Notes under the pieces: generated by a model
Told to the model about the DNA's origin: nothing
Databases searched by the model: none
Seen by the model: only the letters and a program-made list of their open reading frames with translations
DNA from: Octopus vulgaris
Taxonomy: Eukaryota
Direction of reading: 5' to 3'
DNA: 64,000 nucleotides
Assembly (NCBI GenBank): GCA_951406725.2
Contig: OX597815.1
Coordinates: 196,230,001-196,294,000, forward strand
Shown here: positions 1 through 14,000 of the stretch, piece after piece
Layout of the letters: every line of letters starts with the position of its first letter
How positions within the stretch are numbered: position 1 is the stretch's first letter
Program-made: the position numbers and the translations under genes

Positions 1-443
1 TCTACATAGCTCTACAAATATTCTTGTTGTTATTACGATGACTAAAACCAGATATTTTAAAGGTTATGTAAATTCGAGAGAATCTGTCGTAATATTTGAT
101 TGCACGGCCAGAACAATCGAATGCGAAATCAACCGTCGAGACATTCAAACAGCAGACATGAGGGAGTGTAACTAAAAATACATGTCTACTACAAGCACAA
201 TGTTACAAATTATGTTAATGTGTAGTTTTACATGATTATATAGCTACCAACCTCATAACTATAACTTATTATATCGATCTCAGACAGGATGAAAGGTAGT
301 GTTGACCACACTCTAATCACATTTCAGAACATAAAGAGACGTAATTAAATGCGACTGTTCATTTTCTGCCGGTTGTAATGATTGATCCAGAAATATACCA
401 TCAACCTATATATTCTCTTTTGTGACTCATAACTCTCTGTCTC

Positions 444-487
<44 letters not shown>

Positions 488-713
488 CAACGCTCTCTTT
501 TTTTTTCTTCCCTTCTGCACTTCACAAAGCTTTCTTGTAAGCATGCGCAAATTGACTCGGATATTCGGTGGGGAAGAGTCGACCCAATTTGAATAATAGA
601 GCAGTGGTTTAACACCTAGCTGCTCTGCCATTTTCTGCTACGGCAATATCATCTTGTTTTCAGCAGTAATAGAGATATGGGCCGAAAGTCATGCACCAAA
701 ATATTTCGCTATT

Positions 714-1020
714 TCTTCTTCTTCTTCTTCTTCTTCTTCTTCTTCTTCTTCTTCTTCTTCTTCTTCTTCTTCTTCCTTCTTCCTCTTTACTTCTTATTCT
801 CCTTCTTCCTCTTCCTTCTCCTCTTCTTCTTCTTCTTCTTCTTCTTCTTCTTTTTCTTCCTTTTTTCTTCCTCTTTTCTTCTTCTTCTTCTTCTTCTTCT
901 TCTTCTTCATCTTCTTCCACTTTTCCTCTTTTCCTCTTCTTTTTCTTCTTCTTCTTTCTTTGCTTCTTCCCCTTTTCTTCTTATTCTCTTTTCTTCTTCT
1001 TCTACTTTTTATTCTTCTTA
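714..1020. repeat. (TTC)n microsatellite and pyrimidine-rich low-complexity tract
   Basis: Direct reading; explains the poly-S/F/L/E/R ORFs at 654-1131. Confidence 0.95.
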
Positions 1021-1470
1021 TTATTTTGTACCTCATTTACAATTACGTGTGTATTCATCATAATTTTATTTATATTTTATTCAATTCTAGAAAAGATGAA
1101 TGATATCTTTGAGGACTCCGTTGCATATTGAACTTATTATGTGCGTGACTTTTGCCCCACTCCCCGTATATCTTTCTACATTCACATCACCAGCCCTTCA
1201 TAATTTCAAGGAAGGTGAGTTGTAACGTGAAGGAGTCTTAGCTAGTGTTGCTGTTTCAGTGAATCGGATGGAAAGTTTGGGGTATAATTAAGGTTAATTA
1301 AGGTTGATGTAAGCGAAAGCGTGTGACAGCAGGGGCCAACATTTAGATTTATGATCATGCAACAAATAAGTTAATGTATATATACATTTTTATAAGCGAT
1401 ATTTCTAGGTTGCACGTTCGAAATTATTCGTATTGGTGTCGATGCAGCTAAAATTATATATATGTATGCA

Positions 1471-1670
1471 GGCGGTGAGCTGGCAGAAACGTTAGCGCGC
1501 CGGGCGAAATGGTAGCCGTAATTTCATCTGTCGTTACGTTCCGAGTTCAAATTCCGCCGAGGTCGACTTTGCCTTCCATCCTTTCGGGGTCGATAAATTA
1601 AGTACCAGTTACGTTTGTCGGTCCTTGTTTGTCCCTTCTGTGTTTAGCTCCTTGTGGGTAGTAAAGAAAT
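1471..1670 (+). mobile_element. tRNA-derived SINE family A (Meta/MESC-like central domain)
   Basis: Head ggcggtgagctggcagaaacgttagc, B-box-like gagttcaaattcc, central gccttccatcctttcggggtcgataaattaagtaccag; 15-bp TSD atatatatgtatgca at 1456-1470 and 1671-1685; many copies in the window. Confidence 0.9.
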
Positions 1671-2026
1671 ATATATATGTATGCATGTTCACACACCTAC
1701 CTACATGCATATAACTGTTTCGAAAGATTCAGGTTTTTATACCCCAGATTATAAATTCACATTTATACCAATAATTGTACCACTTGGCTCTGTTCGTAAA
1801 TACCTGAGCAACAATCGGGGAAAGTCAAGGACTTTCAGAAAAAGAAATCATCGAACTAGTGCACACAATATAAATACAATATCGAAGTGGGACAGTAAAA
1901 ACAGGGACATTTTTTTATCAAAATCAGTAACTGACTTTCGCACGCACACACACACACGCACACACACACACACGCACACATACACACACGCATACACACA
2001 CATACGCAAACGCACGCACTCACACT

Positions 2027-2116
<90 letters not shown>

Positions 2117-2122
2117 TATCAC

Positions 2123-2731
2123 GGCGTGGCTGTGTGGTAAGAAGCGTGCTTACCAACCACATGGTACCAGGTTCAGTTCCACTGCGGGGCACCTTGGGCA
2201 GCTGTTTACTACTCTAGTCTCGGATGGATTTCGTAGACGGAAAACCCATGGAAAACGAACTTACACCAGCTATTCTGCTTGTCTGTGCACACCGGTCAAT
2301 GCAATGTATGCCAGGAGAGCTGTAAATCTAAGGGAGGCCTGAAAAGATATTTCAACTGCAGCGTTTGTGTTATGCAAATCGGATATGCAATCTATATGGG
2401 TTTCATTTCAAAACATTGTCTGGTTTTAAAACCACGTCAGATGCCGTGGTGGTTTTAAGATGTAGGTACAGGAGATAGTCAAACTCTGCATAAGGAGTAG
2501 ACAACCACAATATAAATATATGTGTCTTTGTGTCTGTGCCCCTACCATCGCTTGACAACTGATGTTGATGTGCTTAGGTCCTCGTAACTCAGCCTTTCGA
2601 CAAAAGAGAACGTAAGGATAAGTTCTAGGCTTACAAAGAATAAGCCCTGGGATGTCGATTTCTTCTACTAAAAGGCAATGCTCTAGCAAGGCCGCAATCA
2701 AATGACTTAAGCAAGTAAAGGAATAAAAGAA

Positions 2732-2733
<2 letters not shown>
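2123..2733 (+). mobile_element. SINE family B (tRNA head, CORE-like box, gtaaaaga tail), interrupted by an RTE fragment
   Basis: 5' part 2123-2244 and 3' part 2521-2733 match the more complete copies at 31411, 45505 and 58687. Confidence 0.85.
2245..2510 (+). mobile_element. Decayed 3' end of an RTE-clade LINE (C2H2-like fingers) nested in a SINE
   Basis: Translates QCNVCQESCKSKGGLKRYF and ICNLYGFHFKTLSGFK/NHVRC, resembling C-terminal zinc fingers of RTE ORFs; frameshifted. Confidence 0.6.
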
Positions 2734-2784
<51 letters not shown>

Positions 2785-2839
2785 GCAATATTCCGAGAGT
2801 AATAACAATGTAGAACTCAAAACACGTATAATTATATAC

Positions 2840-3041
2840 TTAAGAGATGAGGAATTATGTACGTTATTTATATTATTTACATTTGACGGATATTTGCCCT
2901 CACCTTATTTGTTGGTAACGCAACATTTCGGCTGATATACTCTCCAGCCTTAATCAGGTGTCTTGGGAATTTCTTTTTTATTATACGAAAGTCAAGGAGA
3001 CAAGAAATGAAATTCGGCATTTTTCGATGTTATTATTTTTA

Positions 3042-3100
<59 letters not shown>

Positions 3101-3171
3101 TTAACTGCTTGAAATCGAACTCGGAATCATGGAGTTAGTAGCCCACGCTCTTACCCACTAAGCCATATGCC
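2840..3171 (-). mobile_element. tRNA-headed SINE with (AAT)n linker and hammerhead-like 3' module
   Basis: Minus-strand head ggcatatggcttagtgggtaagagcgtgggctactaactccatgattccgagttcgatttc (A/B boxes); the tail contains gacac-CTGATTA-a-ggctg..cagcc-GAA-atgt-t-gcgtt (2917-2962) and matches 51930-52140. Confidence 0.8.
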
Positions 3172-4070
3172 GTCAAATGTAAATAATGTAAATAATGTCA
3201 ATACTCATATGTCTCAGAGCATAGTGTTAGATGACTGAAGAGCAGTAATAAGAAAAAGAGATGATACAGAAAAATAAAAAAAATGGCTACGTTCTCTCAA
3301 GGATTTCATAATGAAACTCATAACACAATCATTGTTTTTTTTCTGTGTTATCTCACTTATTGAGAACCAGGAACTCGTTACATCCCAGTAATCCAGCAGC
3401 TGGGCAAAGAAGAAAAAAAAAGAGCGGTTGATTAAGTACCAGGTTTCAAAATGCGTATTAGTGTCAATTATTTCGCGTTAAACACTCCAGACGGCACTCC
3501 AGACGGCACTCCAGCATTGTTGAAGTCCAGCTGCTTTTCCAATCTACATACCTTCATGTCTGGTCTTTAGTTTCATTGTATACAAGCCTGACGTAGGAGT
3601 ATAATTTCATTTCTTGTCTCCTAGGCTTTCGTATAAAAAAAAAAGATAATAAAACAAGGGAAGAGTACTACTAAAAAGATTTTGTGACAGTCCCATTAGT
3701 CGATAATATCTCGAGGTAAATTTATATTTAGCAACCAAACACCTACGTGCGGATAAATAACAAATAATAAGATATGAAATACTGAAAACATATCTAAAAA
3801 TTATTCAACCGTTGCTGTCAAACTGTGTAGTCGTGAAATTAGATGGCCACTGTATTTCTCCATGTATATTTAGCGATTGGCCATCTGATCTAATTCGTGC
3901 GAACATTTGACAGATACGGTTGAACAGACTTCGTTTTCTGAGTGTTCTGTATTCTATGTCTAGTTCACGTATTTGTTACACGCGTCTATTTACAATAGTC
4001 CCTCGACTATCACGACTCTTACGCTACAAAAATCACTGCAACGTAAGCTTAAATGATAAGCCGCGATATG

Positions 4071-4143
<73 letters not shown>

Positions 4144-4500
4144 TGTTATATTTCGGAATGGTCATTTTGTCAGTTTAGCCAATAAAAGCACACGCACTAT
4201 ATATTTGGTGATATTTTGCTTCAGTGTTATTTATTTTTTACATTAATCTTAATCTTATTTCGTATACATATGCATATATTTATATACATATATTTATGTG
4301 TATATATTTGTATCCTTATATCTATATATATATATATATACATATGTTTATGTATATATATATATATATATATATCCACACATGCATATGTACATGGACA
4401 CACATATATAGATACACAGAAATATAAACACACGCATACATAGATACACACGTGCACACACACACTCTCTCTCTCTCCCTCTCACACACATTGCATATAT

Positions 4501-4700
4501 AGGAGTGTGAATGGCATAGTGGTTAGATTGCTGCACTCACAATCGTCGCGTGATCACGGTCTCTGCACTTGCGTTGAGTTCTTGACCAAAACACTTCACC
4601 TCACTTTCCTGTTCGATTACTTCGACGCCCGTCATGTGTCAATGTGACGGAGAGTGTGAGCTAATGTAGAACACTTGCATCTGATCGGTTTAAGTAAGTA
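4501..4700 (+). mobile_element. Old diverged tRNA/CORE-like SINE
   Basis: atggcatagtggttag A box and gttgagttcttgaccaaaacactt CORE-like segment. Confidence 0.55.
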
Positions 4701-4932
4701 ATTTTTGCAGTTAGGAAATAGTAGGCTATTTATAAAACGTGAAGGGTTTCAGGCACTTTCTGGGTGCATATATATTCCATATTCAGCAAGAAATTGCAGG
4801 ATTGTTTTTCTCGAACGACAAGATACTTTTATTATAATTATCATATACACATAGATATGTATTTATGCTTCTGTGCCTCCGTGTTGATCTAACTCTCTCT
4901 CTCACGTTTGTCTCTTCCTCCCTGTTTCTTTG

Positions 4933-4965
<33 letters not shown>

Positions 4966-5684
4966 ATCTCTCTCTGATTCATTCCTTCTCTCTGTCTTCG
5001 CACATTCCGACACACACAAAAGCGTGTGCACAGCAATAAAAGTTTGTCTTGATAACTTCAGGACTGCACATTTGGCATTAAGTCATCAGATAGATGGAAA
5101 AAGACGTTAGATTTATGATCACCGAAGTCTTGAGTGAAACACATTTCAAGTCCGCATACACCACATCACACCAGCTGCCTCTGTTTGCATATTTAATATC
5201 CCATTAAAATAAAGTCGCTAAGTGCAGATTATCTACAGATTATTTTTATACGCTACGTGTACCTAGATGAACAGGTGTGATAAAAGCAGAAGCTACTTAT
5301 TGTTCAAAACGATTTTCAATACAGCCTTTAGTCTATGTATTTGCTGAACACATAGAGATATTGATAATTTTCCAAGTGAAACACTGGGTGTAAGCGTGTG
5401 TATGTGCGGATGTTTGCATTAGGAAACGATATAGAATCTACCCACGTCCTTTGATCGTCTTTGGGAAAGGAAAGCATGTCATACCATCCAATCACACCAC
5501 TGTAAGAATGAAGTGAAATCAATAAGCGAGGAAATCAATATATCACCTTGATCACAAAAGAGACAATCACCATATTAGGACGGGTGTATAAATATCTCCT
5601 CCTATATGTGTGTATACCTGACATGTATATATATATACGTATACATAGAAATATATATATATAAATTTTAAAAAATATTTATAG

Positions 5685-5715
<31 letters not shown>

Positions 5716-5721
5716 AATGTG

Positions 5722-5753
<32 letters not shown>

Positions 5754-5756
<3 letters not shown>

Positions 5757-6127
5757 TTGCGTCAGAAATTAATTAGCACTTCTCAAATTTCTACATTAAA
5801 TAGGTTAAATCAATTAACCTATGAGCTGTTCAAAACGTCTTACGCGATGAGAAAATTTAGTATGGTGTGATTTCGGTCCTTGCGAGGCGCTACCTATATC
5901 TATTAAACAAAGGAAGATTTGTCTGCATCCGCACTCCAAGTTGTTGCACTGCTATGTCAACATCATAAGGCTGTAGACTCTCAAACCGCTCTGCAAACAA
6001 AGTTACGTCATCGTTCTGCGCAACAGTGAACTCGCAACAAAGCAATAGTTCGAGATATGGCCACTAGGTGACAGCACATACCTTGAGTGAAGAGCAAATC
6101 AAGGGTGCTAATTAATTTCTGACGGTA

Positions 6128-6130
<3 letters not shown>
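5754..6130. mobile_element. Tc1/mariner-type MITE
   Basis: 26-bp TIRs cacttgcgtcagaaattaattagcac / gtgctaattaatttctgacggtagtg (2 mismatches), TA on both flanks, inside (TA)n. Confidence 0.85.
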
Positions 6131-6198
<68 letters not shown>

Positions 6199-6271
6199 GA
6201 TATATACATATATATGTATATAAATATACATGTATATATACATATGAATATATATATAAATATATATATAT

Positions 6272-6426
6272 ATGTGAAGTATATTTGCCATCTCAATATG
6301 GCTAACCACTAAGGGTGGATGTTACCGTAGCTTGTAGCCCCAGGAGAACATCTCCGGTTTCTACAAGCTACAGTAACATCCACTTTTAGTGGTTAGCCAT
6401 ATTGATATGGCAAATGTACTTCACAT
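6272..6426. repeat. Inverted repeat, 66-bp arms with 23-bp spacer
   Basis: 6272-6337 is the near-perfect reverse complement of 6361-6426. Confidence 0.9.
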
Positions 6427-9400
6427 TGTCGTGCAGTTACTGCCTATACCTCATTCAGAGATTTATTATTGCTTATATATATATATATATATATATATAT
6501 AGATGCACACACGCTTCAACTATTCATCTTTTTTCCCATCGGTTGCTCTGAATATGACCCATCCCAATGAGAGCCGTACACATGCTTCTGTTCAATTTAG
6601 ATTTTAATCGTATTTGATATATTCAGCATTTTTGCATCACCATCGCTTTATTTTCCAGCCACTTGAACATGTCTCCAGAATTTATTGTTGCTTCCCACGT
6701 TTTTTTTTTACTTTTTACGATTTAGTAGGGTTTTCTGAAATCATGGGTGTCTGGATGCACGTCTACTGAGCTTAGTTGTGCCATTCAACGTTGTGTTATT
6801 CAACAAAATAACGAAGCAAGACTGGTATCCTTACTTTCAACCACGTCTGCAAACTTCTGTCTTATTTTGCGATTTACCATAAACTTTAGATATACCATAA
6901 ACTCTGATACGAAATAAGCTGATATATATACTTAGATAACTTAGATATGTTTCGACCAAAGATTGGTCCAGGCCATGTCTAACTTAATAGCACCACCTGA
7001 TACTGCGCAGTTTTTGGTGTGTTTCCCTCGATGTCAGTACATCCTACGTATCCATTTTCATAAAAGGCTTTTATATTTACATCTGGTTTAATGCGCTTGT
7101 GAGGGTAAATCCTGTTCCCCTTGAAGATTACAGTTAGAGTATTTTACTTGCCGAAGAGATTACAGTCACTCTTGCAAGTCAAACGCTGCTCTTATCAACT
7201 GGTTAAAGTGTTGTTTCTAAATACAGTTCCGCCAACAAACGATTTGGATAATGTCACTTGAGACTAATGCGTCGAAAAAATATGCAGTACCAATATTTCG
7301 TTTAGGTGCGTCATCCTGACTCATCTGTCATTTTTGTGGAACCACTTGGGATTTTGCTATGATAATTGTGATCCTATGAAATAAATTTTGTTGGCTTCTG
7401 AAACTGAAAAAAGCAGTAACCAAATCACGTTTCACTTTCTTGCAAAAATATCTACACTAAAAATGTAAAGGCGACAAAACGTTGCTGCATATATAATCGC
7501 ATGAATAATCAATACGGAGATAAAGAATACCAATTATCACATTTCTATCGAACGGAATATAGACTTAATGGAATCTTATTATCGTTTTCTCTCAAATCCA
7601 TTAATGATAATCTATTTGCTTTATGGAAAATACGAAAGAAAAGAAAAAAAAATCTGACACTGTTTCCCAGAATATAAGAACTGTCACCTATATAATCTTT
7701 CAAAGAACTATATGCTGTTAGTTACGAAAATGCATATGAGAGAGAAATATATACACAACTGACGAGCGAGGTCATAGCATAGAAATATTTTGCTATGATT
7801 TATATATTCTTAAATTCTATTTGTAGTTCCTTATAAATATTTTAACCATTAAGAACGATGAAATTGTTTTTTTAAATGGTACTGTACATTATACAATTAT
7901 CATGTACTGTCTATCGTAAGTTTAAATCCGTTTATAATTTTCATTTTACTAAAATCAATGCAATCCTATCTAGTAGGATTTGGAGCCTATATAATCCAGC
8001 ATAATATTCTCTCTCCCAAAATAATGAATTGCACTTAGTTAATGAAAGGAAGTTGCTCTAACTGTGCATAAATTCCTGGAGACCAGGTATGAAGATTATA
8101 GAATATTTATTTTCTTCTATGATCTGAGTTCAGATTCTACCTGGAATGGTGTTACTCTTCATATCAAAAAGCGAGATAAATAAATTATGGACTGGTATAT
8201 CTAAGAACTGATTCAACCTTTTCAGTTAAAACGCTATATAAAATGGTCTTGTTCCATGCCGTATATATCCCAGCACTTTTACATAAATCTCCTTTATATC
8301 ACAATCTATGGTTTCAACAGTGAAAGTCATTCAGGAAAATGTAATTGTAGACATACAAAATAAAAGTAAATGGCCACGACGGAGATATCACCGTTTGTTC
8401 ATGTGCTAAATTGAAATACTATAATAAGTAAAAGATTAAAAAAATATAAAATATCTGTAGTATATTCCACTATACGTTTAGTTTTAAAGGCAAGCAGATG
8501 GTGTTGGCCTGTCCGCAATATCAATGCGGGAAACAGTCTTTTTTTTAATTAAGAGATTCCTAAGTATTTTAGGTATAGGTGATATATAATTATAGCTATA
8601 AAATTATAATGCTGGGACCTAAAGTATCTCTAACGGTTAAATAAAGTTGCACGGATTAGTTTGAAAACTGCCTGGATTTAGGATTTCGCATCTATGACAC
8701 TTGTGAAAGTTACAAATGAAGAGTATATATCTGTAATAGACATGTATTCGGCTTGTATTTTCGTACTGTGTCGCCTTGACTTACTAAAACTCAAATAATC
8801 TCAAACTACTAAATGGGAATTAACCGTATAGCCTTTATAATCGCCTGGATGCAAGGTAGACAAGGCAATTGGTTAACGGGTATACTACATATTGCAGAAA
8901 CACAACATTAATTACCAAAAGTCTGAAATAAAGTAGAATTTACAAAACATGAACCTTAGAATAACCGAAGTCCAACAAAAGTGGTGAATTAATTCGTTTC
9001 CATGACAACAATGATATTAAAAACAAGACAAGAAGTCTCAAAAGCTAGTTTGTCATACTGATAGATTTAGTACGAATCGATATTTCGGTTTCATCTATTG
9101 ATTACGGATTAGCACTGTAGATGGCAGTATACGTTCATGATATTTCACTCTATAAAGCAAAAAGTAAGCTGCTATCAAATTAGCTCGGAATATAAGTTTT
9201 CTATGGCTCCAACTAAAGGCGTGATGCTGAACGGATTTAGCAATTCACGCTGGAATAATATACAGCGAAAAGAAAAGAAATAAACAAGTTTGTTCTCTTT
9301 TATCAACGATGCAGTTAGGTGATGCATAGGAAATCGAAATAAAAATATTTTAAATAGTAAGAATGACTACGCGCTATAGTTGTACGTATCTTTGCGTGTA

Positions 9401-9958
9401 CACGTGTGGGTGTTTGTGCGCGTGTGTTTGTGTGTGTTGTGTGTGTTTGTGTAGCAGTGGATTAGTGCATGAACTTCATTTGTATCGTTCGGCCTCTGCT
9501 TCAAATGGCCTCTCTTCTCGTCTCGGGAGGGTTTTGGAAATCATAGCTAATGATCTGCATGTGTAGAGGAAACTAAAATAAATACAAGAAAAGCAGCAAT
9601 GCTTTTACACATGAAACCTGTTGTTCTTAGATTCCTAGAACAAAGGAAATATCAATATAAATAAGTATACCGTCGTTACAAGCCTTGATCAAAGAGTTGT
9701 TATAAATATATCGACGCATAATTCAATACATAAAAAGAACTTAAACGTTACATCGTTATGTAGAATGCCACGCAGTATAATTTCTGATACCTTGCTCTTC
9801 AAGTTCGAATGCAACCGGAACAAACACTACATTTCATAATTCATAAGTTAATAAATTTAGTACCAGTCCAACAGACCGTATTAGAAGGATTGTTACTTTA
9901 TTTCAGAAGCGAAGTAATCATTGATGATCTGGTTATTTGCTTTCCGAGGATGTATGTA

Positions 9959-10306
<348 letters not shown>

Positions 10307-10705
10307 CGAGAGCAGCGACAGTCATATACACACACAGTCACTCTCTTTTCATGCACACTAATAGGTGCACACGTGCATACATATATCTATGAGAAACTGG
10401 AAGGAAGTGAGGTAGAATAGACATGGGTGAAAGTAATATTTGTAGTTATTATACCAGCGGTCCTTGCTGCATATCAGTCTCTGTATGTAAGATGATAGAC
10501 TTAGCTGTATTACGTTTTTTATAGTGTTTGCATCCTACGAGTTCCGGTTTGGCAGGAATGGCATTCATGTGTGGCCTCCATAAACGCGTCCATAAATCGA
10601 AGTTGTTCATAACCTGCGCAGCCACGCGTAAATATTCACATACTTATACATACATTTACATACATTTATATGCACAGACACGTACACACGTAGTTTCACT
10701 CCCGG

Positions 10706-10740
<35 letters not shown>

Positions 10741-10743
<3 letters not shown>

Positions 10744-10932
10744 GCCTTGATAGATACGTAGCCAATACACGCATCTTTTTCTATCCTAGTTTCGTTCTGT
10801 GATCATTTCTGTGGAAGAGCGTAGGCTCGAAAACATAAAAGACTTTTTCAATTCCTGACCGTTATACTAATACATCTGCTTGTTTTCTACACCACCTGTC
10901 TTCGTCTTTTGTTTTTTTCCTGAATTCCCCCT
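10741..10932 (+). mobile_element. About 190-bp non-autonomous element with hammerhead-like motif (family H1), copy 1
   Basis: Matches 17079, 56412, 57925 and 60150; motif ttt-CTGTGGA-a-gagc-gtag-gctc-GAA at 10806-10841; flanked by (TA)n. Confidence 0.8.
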
Positions 10933-10936
10933 ATAT

Positions 10937-10977
<41 letters not shown>

Positions 10978-10997
10978 CATATATGTTTGTGTGTGTA

Positions 10998-11032
<35 letters not shown>

Positions 11033-11738
11033 AACAAAGCCATTTAATTTGTCTATTGTCTTAAAGTATGCAGCATTTCACCAGCAGAAGTTGGCATGCA
11101 GAAGATTAGTAGACAATTTTATTTATTTAATGAAGTTTAATGTTACTAAAAATAAAACAAATTAAGCTGATCTATCTACAAACCTTGTAAGCATACTTTC
11201 TAAAAATACTAAACACCAACGCATCAAAGAACAAAAAAAAAAATAACACAGACAATGTGCTTCATATTTGCTGACGTTAAACTGAGAAATTGTTCATATA
11301 AATGTTTAACGTATATCTGCAGGACAAGTCATGACATGTAAAGATAAAATATAATGAATAAAGATCAATAAATATACGATAACATTCTGCCATATTTTTG
11401 TTATCTGTGAGATGGCCAGTATTGTACAGTTACTGTAGAGTAAAGTTAATCTCTTGTAAAACCCCTCACAGGTGCCGATTGTCTTTTATGATGTTTGAAG
11501 CAACGTTCTTACTTCATATTAATCCTTCGCCATAGAATAAATACAATCGATTCACTCGTATGCCATATGATGAGCTGCATTATGTAATTTTGTGCATTTA
11601 TGGTCAAATATAGATCACAAAATGAGTGACCTCAGGTATCACTTTGTCTCACTGAACATGCTGCAGTCTTTGTGCTACAACAGAATCTGCATGGTCTGAT
11701 GTAACAAAATGTCTTCAGAGCATATTCTCATAATACAG

Positions 11739-11854
<116 letters not shown>

Positions 11855-11932
11855 GGATACACACACACATTCAAATATTTATTTATATACATATACATAC
11901 ATTATATATATATATATAGAGAGAGAGAGACC

Positions 11933-11974
<42 letters not shown>

Positions 11975-12142
11975 TAAATAATGATCTCGTTTAATTCTCC
12001 GCGATCAAGTTGTTTTATCTGTAATTAGAATCTGTAAGTATTGAGTAATATAACTTCTTTGAATAGCTGATATTAATGTTCCAATCAGAAAACAACTACT
12101 TACGACTGATAATTGCATGTAAAACATACGATTTATCTCTGA

Positions 12143-12511
12143 CTAGCAGTGTCGCCCGGCGTTGCTCGTGTTTGTAAGGGAAATAACTATAAAGCATTTT
12201 TAGAGAGTTATAGCCAAAAAATGGAAACAAAATGATGATAATTTTTTTTAGTTAAAAAGGTCGAGTTGCGTCCCCTAGACAGTCTGTGGTTTGCGTTTCT
12301 GATTCTCGACCCCATGTCGAATTTATCGATTTTTTTCAGAACTGGGGGAACTTTTCAAAATTTTCGCTGCGTTAGTTTTGAATTATGACATTGGGCTATG
12401 TGTGTGTCAAGTTTCATCAGAATCGGTTGAAAGCCGTGGTCAGGGTGAGGGTACAACCTAACAGACACACAGAAACACACGCAGACAAACTGCCGTTTAT
12501 ATATAGAGAGA
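12143..12511 (-). mobile_element. Non-autonomous Helitron
   Basis: Minus strand starts TC(tctctatatataaacgg) and ends with GC-rich cgagcaacgccgggcgacactg then CTAG; inserted between A and T with no TSD. Confidence 0.8.
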
Positions 12512-12613
12512 TAATATCAATCAGATATAATAAGCATTAAATATATGAGCAAAAAGCTTCGGCGTGATATTTTTCATTCAGTTGGATTGCTGAGATGACT
12601 TTTGAAACTGACT

Positions 12614-12912
12614 GACGGTCGTTTAGAAAAAGCGCGGGCTAAAACTACGCGCCTTCACTAGTCAGTTAAGGTGAGACAGTGCCACGTGACAACTTGCTGG
12701 GGCTACCTGACAGGTGACGGTCGTTTAGAAAAATCGCGGGTAAAACTACGCGCCTTAACTAGTCAGTTAAGGTGAGACAGTGCCACGTGACAACTTGCTG
12801 GGGCTGACTGACAGGTAACGGTCGTTTAGAAAAAGCGCGGGCTAAAACTACGCGCCTTCACTAGTCAGTTAAGGTGAGACAGTGTCACGTGACAACTTGC
12901 TGGGGCTGCCTG
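12614..12912 (+). repeat. Tandem repeat, 3 x about 101-102 bp
   Basis: Unit gacggtcgtttagaaaaagcgcgggctaaaactacgcgcc...gacaacttgctggggct starts at 12614, 12716 and 12817; copies nearly identical. Confidence 0.95.
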
Positions 12913-13809
12913 CTGGAGACTATGCGGCAGGTATTTAAAGGGAAAAATTTGACAAGACAGTCAGTCACCGGCTGACACTCGCTGACGATACATCGAAGAG
13001 GCCAGGGAACAGTAGAAAGAAGAAGAAAGAAGACATGCACCCAACACCAGAGCTGAAGACACCTCCGAAAGGGAGGGGGGCCCCCCACGTCAAAACGGTA
13101 GAGGAGTAGGGGCCGAAACCAGACGTGGTTCCTCCTGATGATGTCTTGAGCTATCTGGATCCTATAAAGGAGCTGTTGTGGTAGCATGCCACGAAAGATG
13201 GTTGTAATTCCCCCACTATTTTTGCTAGTTAAATTTTTATCGAAGGAGAAATTACATCTAATACTTATAAACACTTTCAAGTATCAGCTCAATGTAGGTG
13301 ATACTTCTTTAGCTTGGATGATTGAGTTCGATAATATCAGCTGAAATGAAAAACTACTTTTGATTGAAAACCTTCGTATTCGATGTGACATTTATTTCCC
13401 ATATTCGTAATGGAAACATAACGTCAGTCAAATCAGTTCATGTAATATTAGAGTGGATAGTTTCATTTTAATTTCTCAAGTCATTCATGGAAGTCGCTAG
13501 GGAGTAGTATTATTGGTAACCATATCAATTCTTCCTCATCAATTAATTGCTACTATTGTATTTACAATACCATGGCACGTAATAGACACTGACATGATTT
13601 GCGTAACGTTGTTACTGTAAGTTAAGTACAAAATGATAACTACGTAAATAATGGCTTTTTATTACAGTGATATTGTACGCGCTATTATCATAGGCTTACG
13701 CGAGAATGAAACATCAGTATCACAGCCATTTTAGATATATCAGTGGCTGGTATGTTAACTGGACCAACTTTCATATCGTTATTCGCTATACGATTTCATA
13801 AGAGTATAT

Positions 13810-14000
<191 letters not shown>

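Noticed and set aside
3483-3514. 12-bp tandem repeat cactccagacgg x about 2.7
   Set aside because: Local slippage within what looks like a decayed SINE tail; no further structure.
6938-6985. Hammerhead-like gacca/tggtc-GAAAC on the minus strand
   Set aside because: No CUGANGA-like core; it folds as a simple bulged hairpin.
12614-12912. CRISPR-like array
   Set aside because: Whole ~102-bp units repeat with no unique spacers; the context is eukaryotic and there are no cas genes.
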